Assembly (NCBI GenBank): GCA_028286805.1
Contig: JAQBQW010000019.1
Span: 1 to 48,323 of the forward strand
DNA: 48,323 nucleotides
Reading direction: 5' to 3'
From: Parcubacteria group bacterium
GTDB lineage: Bacteria > Patescibacteriota > Minisyncoccia > Phycocordibacterales > Zambryskibacteraceae
In this document: positions 29,569 to 36,411 of the stretch, piece by piece
How the letters are laid out: every line of letters starts with the position of its first letter
How positions within the stretch are numbered: the first letter of the stretch is position 1
The notes under the pieces: model-generated
Database searches by the model: none
Told to the model about the DNA's origin: nothing
The model's input: the letters and a program-made list of their open reading frames with translations, nothing else
Program-made: the position numbers and the translations under genes

Positions 29569-30777
29569 ATGCCACAAATCAAACCAGAAGTTGAAGCATT
29601 CGCCCGGATCAAGGTCATCGGAGTCGGCGGATCAGGAAAAAATGTCGTTAATCACATGATTAACTCCAAAGTGAAAGGGGTTGATTTCATTTCAGTAAAT
29701 ACAGACGCGCAAGATCTTCATCACTCTCTCGCAAAGAAAAAAATTCATATTGGAAAAAACTTAACTCGAGGACTCGGAGCCGGAATGAATCCGGATCTCG
29801 GTAAACGTGCGGTTGAAGAAACAAAAGAAGAAATTCAGGAAGCTATCAAAGGTGCAGATATGGTATTCATCGCCGGAGGAATGGGAGGAGGTACTGCATC
29901 TGGTGCCGCTCCGGTTATTGCTCGTACTGCGAAAGAAGCTGGTGTTCTCACCGTTGCAGTTGTAACCAAACCCTTCTTCTTCGAAGGACAGCAGAGAATG
30001 AAGATCGCCGAAGAAGCGATCAACGACCTAAAATCTGCAGTTGATGCCCTTATCATCATTCCAAACGACCGTCTTCTTCAGACTATTGAAAAAGGCACCA
30101 CCGCCAAGAACGCATTCGCTACTTGCGACAACATTTTAAAACAAGCGGTTGAAGGTATTTCAGACCTTATTACCACCCCGGGTATTATTAACATAGACTT
30201 CGCGGACATTCGAGCCGTTATGCAGGATGCCGGAGCCGCCCTCATGGGTATCGGTCTCGCTTCGGGAGAAAACCGTGCTGAAGAGGCAGCAAGACAGGCA
30301 ATCTCATCTCCTCTCCTTGAAATTAGCATCAACGGTGCAAAGGGTGTTCTCTTCTCGATTGCCGGTGGGGACGACCTCGGTATGTTTGAAATCCAGGATG
30401 CCGCTAAGATTATTACCGAATCCGTTGATCCAAACGCTCGAATTATCTTCGGAACCGTTCGAGACGAGAAACTCAAGAAGGGAGAAATCAAGATTACCGT
30501 TATCGCTTCTTCATTCCCAGAAAGCCAGCAGAAGAAAGCGGCTTCCCTCTTTGCAGGTCCGGGCGAAGAACTGACTCGAGAAAAAATCTTTAACAGTATT
30601 CCTGCTTTCACAAAATCCGAACCTCGGAATCAGGAAGAATCTTCTTCATTCTCCGTTCGAAAACCGGTCGAAACTCAGGCTCCAGTGGCTCAAACTCCCG
30701 CTGCGTCAACCGTAGACGACAATGACGATGATTGGGGTGCGGTTCCAGCTTTCCTTCGAAGATCTAAATTGAAATAA
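29569..30777 (+). CDS. ftsZ: Cell division protein FtsZ
   Basis: IKVIGVGG, GMGGGTASG, INIDFADIR, C-terminal PAFLR. Confidence 0.97.
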   Translation: MPQIKPEVEAFARIKVIGVGGSGKNVVNHMINSKVKGVDFISVNTDAQDLHHSLAKKKIHIGKNLTRGLGAGMNPDLGKRAVEETKEEIQEAIKGADMVFIAGGMGGGTASGAAPVIARTAKEAGVLTVAVVTKPFFFEGQQRMKIAEEAINDLKSAVDALIIIPNDRLLQTIEKGTTAKNAFATCDNILKQAVEGISDLITTPGIINIDFADIRAVMQDAGAALMGIGLASGENRAEEAARQAISSPLLEISINGAKGVLFSIAGGDDLGMFEIQDAAKIITESVDPNARIIFGTVRDEKLKKGEIKITVIASSFPESQQKKAASLFAGPGEELTREKIFNSIPAFTKSEPRNQEESSSFSVRKPVETQAPVAQTPAASTVDDNDDDWGAVPAFLRRSKLK

Positions 30778-30781
30778 ACTT

Positions 30782-30806
30782 AAAAAGCCCCGACAGGGGC
30801 TTTTTT
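30782..30806 (+). terminator. Intrinsic terminator after ftsZ
   Basis: AAAAAGCCCC-gaca-GGGGCTTTTTT. Confidence 0.85.
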
Positions 30807-30840
30807 GTTTATCTCATCTTTTCTGATATCCTATATCTCT

Positions 30841-31767
30841 ATGACATACGATTTAGCAATTATTGGAGGAGGTCCAGCTGGAGTTTCTGCGGGTGTATAT
30901 GCTGCGCGAAAGAAATTAAAGACCGTTCTTATCACCGAATCTTTTGGCGGCCAATCCACCGATTCAATGGGCGTGCAAAACTGGATTGGAACCATTGAAA
31001 TCACCGGGCCAGAATTGGCCAAGCAAATGGAAGCTCATTTGCGCGCATATGCAGAAGATTCGGTCGACACAAAAACCGGACTCCCGGTAACAAAAATTTC
31101 TAAAGAAAACGGGGTGTTTGTTGTGGAAACATCCAAAGAAAAGTTTGAAGCTAAAACAGTTCTCATCACCACCGGTTCGACCCGACGAAAACTTGAGATT
31201 CCCGGCGCTAAGGAATTTGAAAACAAAGGTATTACCTATTGCGCATCTTGCGACGGTCCGTTGTTCGGAGGAAAAGATGTGGTGGTGATTGGAGGAGGAA
31301 ATGCGGGATTCGAATCTGCAGCCCAGCTTCTTGCGTATGCAAAATCCGTTACTCTCTTAAACAGATCCGATATCATCAAAGCAGATGAAATGACTGTGGA
31401 GGCAGTCTTGAAGCATTCGAATATGACCCTCATTAAAAATGCCATCCCAAAGGAAATTAAGGGGGAGAAATTTGTCGATACCGTTATCTATACGGATACT
31501 ATTACCAACGAAGACAAAGAATTAAAAGTTTCGGGAGTATTTGTGGAGATCGGGCTTGTCCCCACCACCTGGTTTGTTGAAGATTTGATTCTCCTTAACC
31601 AATACAAACAAATTCCAGTTGATCCAAAAAACCAGAAAACTTCCATTGAGGGAATCTGGGCTGCCGGAGATTGTACCGACGGCCTGTATCATCAAAACAA
31701 CATTGCATCCGGTGATGCCGTTAAAGCTCTCGAAGATATCTACATGCACGTGCATCGAACGAAGTAA
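30841..31767 (+). CDS. trxB: Thioredoxin-disulfide reductase (TrxB / AhpF C-terminal-like)
   Basis: IIGGGPAG, CASCDG redox motif, VIGGGNAG, IWAAGDCT. Confidence 0.82.
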   Translation: MTYDLAIIGGGPAGVSAGVYAARKKLKTVLITESFGGQSTDSMGVQNWIGTIEITGPELAKQMEAHLRAYAEDSVDTKTGLPVTKISKENGVFVVETSKEKFEAKTVLITTGSTRRKLEIPGAKEFENKGITYCASCDGPLFGGKDVVVIGGGNAGFESAAQLLAYAKSVTLLNRSDIIKADEMTVEAVLKHSNMTLIKNAIPKEIKGEKFVDTVIYTDTITNEDKELKVSGVFVEIGLVPTTWFVEDLILLNQYKQIPVDPKNQKTSIEGIWAAGDCTDGLYHQNNIASGDAVKALEDIYMHVHRTK

Positions 31768-31787
31768 TCAAAAAATTTGCAAAGAGA

Positions 31788-31819
31788 ACGGGCGGACGCG
31801 ATTGAATCGCGCCCGCCCT
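31788..31819 (-). terminator. Hairpin between convergent genes
   Basis: GGCGGACGCGATT/AATCGCGCCCGCC stem. Confidence 0.55.
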
Positions 31820-31831
31820 TGTTGTTGCCCA

Positions 31832-32533
31832 TCAGTGATTGATGAGCGTGTTGTTGTTCGTGTTGCGACACACGAACGCGCACACCACACCGGCGAGAAT
31901 CGCCGTCGCCAGCCCCACCTGAGTCGCCCGGTTGATCGACCTCTCTTCGGACTTCGAAGAGGAGGTGGACGACGTAGACGTCGCAAGAGGAATGGGACTC
32001 TGATGCGCCGCCAATGAATCCACGATCCGCCGAGCGAATCTGCTCTCGTAGAAGTCGGAACTGTCCGGCTTGGGTGGCTTGACCGCCGCCACCGGCGAGG
32101 GTGTTGGGGTTGGCTTCTTCGCAGGCACTTCCTCCTTGCGCACCGGTACTGACTTGTCGGAACGCGCTTTCTTTCCGGTGTCTGAGGAAATGGCTTCCAC
32201 GACCGACGCCGTACGAGTGATCGTGCGCCTCGTAACCTTCTGCGCGGTGTCGATGGCGCTCGCGAGTTGCGCAGCGTGAGCCGCCTTGAGAGCATTGGCT
32301 TCACGGATGCTGTCGCCGCGGGCGATGTTGATTCGGCGAATCTTGGCATCGGCCGTGTCGCGCTCCGCCTTGGCCGAGTCAAGTTCCGTCAACGGAACTT
32401 TGGCCGGCTTGACTGCAGAACTGTCCTTCTTCGGCTTCGTCGTGCCCGCCTGTTGTACTCCCTGCGCCCAGGCGGGCACGGAGATGATGAACAGGACGAG
32501 GAACGTCAGGACGGTCTTCCAGTTGGTTCGCAT
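31832..32533 (-). CDS. Hypothetical GC-rich secreted protein with C-terminal hydrophobic segment
   Basis: AAGGAG SD, signal peptide ending AWA-Q, Ala/Lys/Ser-rich helical and Pro-rich middle. Confidence 0.65.
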   Translation of the reverse strand: MRTNWKTVLTFLVLFIISVPAWAQGVQQAGTTKPKKDSSAVKPAKVPLTELDSAKAERDTADAKIRRINIARGDSIREANALKAAHAAQLASAIDTAQKVTRRTITRTASVVEAISSDTGKKARSDKSVPVRKEEVPAKKPTPTPSPVAAVKPPKPDSSDFYESRFARRIVDSLAAHQSPIPLATSTSSTSSSKSEERSINRATQVGLATAILAGVVCAFVCRNTNNNTLINH

Positions 32534-32680
32534 GGGATGGCTCTCCTTGAGCCGTTGTGGAGGTGATCGGAATCATCGTTGACCCGACAGGTACTACTTT
32601 TCTTCTGGAACGTACTGTATCATACGTCATGAACCTTGTAAAGGGGTTCCGAGTATATAGACGTTTGGGGGATAAAACCC

Positions 32681-33466
32681 TTACTTTAAGCCACAAATTG
32701 CCTTTAATTCTGTGATTTCTTCCGTCTTCGGTATGACATTCGTACTCTGATTAAGATAATACATGATCGAATCTGGGTTTGAATTGTGTTCGAGTCCAAG
32801 CGCATGTCCAAACTCGTGAGTGAGCACTCGTTCTAATTCCGCTTGGTTTTTGAATTCAAAAATATTAATTCTCTTGCCGTCTTGATCATAGACATACTGC
32901 CCTTCTTCAAATTCCTGTCCGGCCGTTTGGTTAACGACTTCCACATTTTTGTTTACCGTTCCAACCAATGCGTTGTATTTGTTTATAAGCATATTGATCT
33001 CCCCTGCCAAGTTATTTAATGCTACACGTTTCTTTTCAAGAACTTCATATGATATTTTTCCTTTTTTATACTGAGCAAGAAGAGTATTGTATTCCGCGTC
33101 CTTTGTTTTGTATGTGGATTCTAACGCCAGGTATTCGCTTCGAACACTCTCGGCAGATTGTTTGGTGGAGCTAATGGTGGATTTAAGAGTTTCATTCTTG
33201 TCTGCATTGGCTTGGCGTTCGTCATAGACCAAATTGAGAACAACATCTCCTTTTGGGTCATAGGCAAATAATTCTTTACCGATAACATTACTCCAAACTG
33301 TTCCGGACCGTTCTGCAACTTTGATAAGATTTTCTTTTGAAATGTTAAATCGTGGATCTATCGTTCCAAGGGTAAAAGTAATGGGTGCGGCACATGGAAT
33401 TGAAATGCGGGTATATGCATATGCGCTGAGTCCAAGAACGAGTGCGAGACCTAAGAGTTTTTTCAT
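32681..33466 (-). CDS. Matrixin-family (M10-like metzincin) metalloprotease with coiled-coil insert
   Basis: HEFGHALGLEH zinc motif and Met-turn SIMY; N-terminal anchor. Confidence 0.85.
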   Translation of the reverse strand: MKKLLGLALVLGLSAYAYTRISIPCAAPITFTLGTIDPRFNISKENLIKVAERSGTVWSNVIGKELFAYDPKGDVVLNLVYDERQANADKNETLKSTISSTKQSAESVRSEYLALESTYKTKDAEYNTLLAQYKKGKISYEVLEKKRVALNNLAGEINMLINKYNALVGTVNKNVEVVNQTAGQEFEEGQYVYDQDGKRINIFEFKNQAELERVLTHEFGHALGLEHNSNPDSIMYYLNQSTNVIPKTEEITELKAICGLK

Positions 33467-33488
33467 AGACACATTATACAGAAAGAGA

Positions 33489-33941
33489 CTACTTTAACTC
33501 CTCAGCCAATCCAATGAGAAGTCCCTCGGGACCTCGAATGTAGCAGAGTCGATATACGTTCTCATATTGAACTACTTCGTCAACGAGTACCGCACCGTGC
33601 TTTTGAAGACGCGCGAGCGTCTCATCAATATCGCTTACGGTGAACATGGCACGCAGGTAGCCCAGGGCATTCACCGGAGCATTGCGATGATCAGCAACTG
33701 CAGCTGGAGTGATAAATCGAGAGAGTTCGATTCTGCTGTGACCATCTGGAGTGATCATCATCGCAACCTCAACTTGCTGATTACCCAGTCCGGTAACACG
33801 TCCAGCCCATTCTCCTTCGACCATAGCTCGCCCTTCAAGTTTGAGTCCAAGTTCAGTGAAAAAAGAAACGGCTTCGTCGAGAGATTCTACGACGATACCG
33901 ATGTTGTCCATTCTAAGCAATGTAGATTGTTTTAATTTCAT
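33489..33941 (-). CDS. VOC/glyoxalase-bleomycin resistance family protein
   Basis: RMDNIGIVV.SLD.A..FF..LGL, RIELSRF, RLCYIRGPEG..I.LAE. Confidence 0.9.
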   Translation of the reverse strand: MKLKQSTLLRMDNIGIVVESLDEAVSFFTELGLKLEGRAMVEGEWAGRVTGLGNQQVEVAMMITPDGHSRIELSRFITPAAVADHRNAPVNALGYLRAMFTVSDIDETLARLQKHGAVLVDEVVQYENVYRLCYIRGPEGLLIGLAEELK

Positions 33942-34028
33942 ATCAGTTACTTCCTTATTATAACAGCTCTGAATACCCTACAGGGTATCTTATAAAAGTT
34001 AACAAATAGGAGCTATTTTGTGTTGTGG

Positions 34029-34050
34029 CCTCATTATACAGGATTGGAAC
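34029..34050. repeat. 22-bp direct repeat, copy 1
   Basis: CCTCATTATACAGGATTGGAAC, identical to 34850-34871. Confidence 0.95.
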
Positions 34051-34055
34051 CAAGT

Positions 34056-34829
34056 CTATAGATGAATATCTTGTTCTTGCTTTTGATTAAAAAAATAGGA
34101 TGGAAATAGCAAAAACCAAAATATAAAGAAGTAGTGCCCCAATCTAGTTATCTTCGTTTTTATTTTAAATTGTTTTGCTCGTAAAACTTCTTCAAGTTTC
34201 TTACTGAATTTAAATGGTATTACCTTGTCATTTTTTCCATACCATAAGCTAATCTTTGTTTTTATCACCGGAAAATTATTCTCTGACGCTAAAAGCTCCC
34301 ATTGTTTTTCCAGCTTTTCGAAACTTACACCTTGAGACTCAAATGATTTTCTTAAATGCTGTGTCCGACACCCGTACCACATGTCTCGTGCAAGATTCTC
34401 ACCCGGCGCAATCAATAAAATATCAGTGACGTCAGAATTATCTTTATAGGCCATTGAGCTATAGGATGAAGCGAGGCTAATCGCAACGAGAATGCATTTT
34501 TTAAAACCGTACTTCTCTTTTAATTTCTTTATATCATTTCTTACTTCTTTATTTATTTCTTCGAAGCATTCTTTAGTCAGGCTCGTAGAATCCGAAAGGA
34601 TTGAACGAGGAAATTCATAAGCTAGAAATGAACTTTGATGCTTTGTAACATAGTTTCCAACATTATTCCAAGTCCATAATTTCTGACCCCATCCGGGTAG
34701 ACCAATAACTAAAGTATCCGAATCTTTCGTATATTTCCAAACTTTCTTTGTTTTATCAAAAAGATTTTGAGTACTAAGCCCTTCCGTGTCGAGAGAAAAA
34801 GAATTAAGGCGGCTTATGAGATAGTCCAT
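34056..34829 (-). CDS. Alpha/beta-hydrolase-fold protein
   Basis: GLPGWG oxyanion loop, A-I-S-L-A nucleophile elbow, YGKNDKVIP Asp, LGHY His; AT-rich. Confidence 0.7.
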   Translation of the reverse strand: MDYLISRLNSFSLDTEGLSTQNLFDKTKKVWKYTKDSDTLVIGLPGWGQKLWTWNNVGNYVTKHQSSFLAYEFPRSILSDSTSLTKECFEEINKEVRNDIKKLKEKYGFKKCILVAISLASSYSSMAYKDNSDVTDILLIAPGENLARDMWYGCRTQHLRKSFESQGVSFEKLEKQWELLASENNFPVIKTKISLWYGKNDKVIPFKFSKKLEEVLRAKQFKIKTKITRLGHYFFIFWFLLFPSYFFNQKQEQDIHL

Positions 34830-34849
34830 ATTACATTCACGCTTGGGAT

Positions 34850-34871
34850 CCTCATTATACAGGATTGGAAC
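34850..34871. repeat. 22-bp direct repeat, copy 2
   Basis: CCTCATTATACAGGATTGGAAC. Confidence 0.95.
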
Positions 34872-34974
34872 TAGGTTTATAGTTCGTTACTAAATTTTCA
34901 AGTTTTTTAACAAAAAGAAAACCCGCCGCCGATAAAGCACGGAGGTTTTCCGTACCGCTCGGGGCGAGCGGGGT

Positions 34975-35301
34975 CTAGCGTATTCTGTACGTCACCTTGA
35001 GGGTATCGTAGGGATTTCTAACATGACCCCCTCCTTCGGTGCTCATCTTCGATGCCTGGGCGTTGACGGCGACCTTGATTTCCGCCGGCGAAGATTCCTC
35101 GGGAATCTGAATCGTAGCAGAATCTCGCTCGACGGTCTCACCGATTCGATCTTTCCAAGTCAGTATGACCAGAACGTCGATCGTGGGTCCGGCCGGAACT
35201 TCTGCTACAGGCTGAGCGACCGTCTTCTTGGCGCCGAAATGAGCGCCAATGACCGGAATCGCTGCGAAGAGTCGCACTACTGACCGCAGCCAGATAGACA
35301 T
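34975..35301 (-). CDS. Hypothetical GC-rich small protein
   Basis: AAGGAG SD, TTGACA-17-TACTAT promoter, terminator hairpins after the stop. Confidence 0.6.
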   Translation of the reverse strand: MSIWLRSVVRLFAAIPVIGAHFGAKKTVAQPVAEVPAGPTIDVLVILTWKDRIGETVERDSATIQIPEESSPAEIKVAVNAQASKMSTEGGGHVRNPYDTLKVTYRIR

Positions 35302-35393
35302 GAGTAGATCTCCTTCTCAAGAGAGTGTACGAATGTTGTTTAGCGTGCCTATTAAAATAGTATCATACTTTTATTTAAATGTCAAGTATTGAC

Positions 35394-35415
35394 CCTAATT
35401 ATACAGGATTGGAAC
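35394..35415. repeat. 22-bp direct repeat, copy 3
   Basis: CCTAATTATACAGGATTGGAAC, 21/22 identical to copies 1 and 2. Confidence 0.95.
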
Positions 35416-35431
35416 CATTTGGCCTTACAGC

Positions 35432-36043
35432 TTAGAACTTTTTCGCTATAACCTCTACCCAATTCGTATTACCCGCTTTAGAGATATTGGTCCAGAGTAT
35501 CTCCATGTTGTGACTTTCTAGATACCCCTTCATTTCATCTAGAGTAAAGTAACTAAAAAATCTCTCATATTCATATCCATAGTCATTTTCTTTAAGAATT
35601 TCGTTATTAACCTGGTTATCTTTCATTTCTTTTACACCCAAGTAAATAAGTCCGTCTTGATTTAGAGTGTCTCGTAAATTTTTTAAAACATCCATTATCC
35701 TCTCTTTTGGGATATGAAGTAACACAGCTTGAGCAAAGACAGCGTCAAATGTTTGATCCAACGAATTAGGTTCGTATATATCTTTTACAAAAAATTCAAC
35801 ATTTGGTACTTCTCTTTTAGCTACTTCAATCATACCTTCTGAAAAGTCTGTACCGATTACTTTGAAACCTTTATCAGCAAGATATTTAGACTTAATTCCA
35901 GCTCCACATCCGACATCTAAAATTGATACTCCTGGAGATAAAAAAGAAGTAAATTTATCAGCTCCCGTTTTCCACCATATGTCTTCTTTGTGATCTTGAA
36001 ACCAATCTTCCGCTATTTTGTTGTATGTTGATTTGAGATCCAT
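35432..36043 (-). CDS. Class I SAM-dependent methyltransferase
   Basis: ILDVGCGAG, GTDFSEGMI, FDAVFAQAVLLH; AT-rich. Confidence 0.9.
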   Translation of the reverse strand: MDLKSTYNKIAEDWFQDHKEDIWWKTGADKFTSFLSPGVSILDVGCGAGIKSKYLADKGFKVIGTDFSEGMIEVAKREVPNVEFFVKDIYEPNSLDQTFDAVFAQAVLLHIPKERIMDVLKNLRDTLNQDGLIYLGVKEMKDNQVNNEILKENDYGYEYERFFSYFTLDEMKGYLESHNMEILWTNISKAGNTNWVEVIAKKF

Positions 36044-36063
36044 AAATTTGAATTGTAAATTTG

Positions 36064-36135
36064 TGACCCTACAGGGAGTCGAACCCTGCTTTAATCCTTG
36101 AAAAGGATTCGTCCTAACCGATAGACGATAGGGCC
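36064..36135 (-). tRNA. tRNA-Glu(TTC)
   Basis: GGCCCTA/TAGGGTC stem, AATCC-TTTTCAA-GGATT anticodon arm. Confidence 0.95.
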
Positions 36136-36205
36136 GTAAACGGCGGAAACGTCGCTTATATTAACATTTTTCCGGAAAAATGCTAGGATTGCCAAGCACT
36201 TATCT

Positions 36206-36292
36206 GGAAGAGTGGCTGAGTGGTTGAAGGCACTGGTTTCGAAAACCAGCGAGCTCGAAAGGGTTCCGAGAGTTCGAATCTCTCCTCTTCCG
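36206..36292 (+). tRNA. tRNA-Ser(CGA)
   Basis: GGAAGAG/CTCTTCC stem, CTGGT-TTCGAAA-ACCAG, long variable arm, G discriminator. Confidence 0.95.
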
Positions 36293-36331
36293 CCGGATAT
36301 ATAATTGGTGTGGTATATCCATGTTTCTTAT

Positions 36332-36404
36332 GCGCGGTTAGCTCAGTTGGTAGAGCATCTCATTGACGTTGAGAGGGTCACAGGTTCGAATCCTGTATCG
36401 CGCA
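36332..36404 (+). tRNA. tRNA-Val(GAC)
   Basis: TCTCA-TTGACGT-TGAGA anticodon arm, GGTTCGAATCC T-arm. Confidence 0.95.
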
Positions 36405-36411
36405 CACAAAT

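Noticed and set aside
31768..32382. 204-aa Arg-rich ORF
   Set aside because: Off-frame shadow of the GC-rich 31832-32533 gene.
34029..35415. CRISPR array interpretation of the 22-bp repeats
   Set aside because: The intervals are about 520-800 bp and contain whole genes; there are no cas genes.
34029..35415. Canonical integron attC or chromosomal dif site
   Set aside because: No RYYYAAC..GTTRRRY long hairpin and no intI. TGTATA matches the E. coli dif spacer but the XerC/XerD arms (ATAA/TTATG) are absent.
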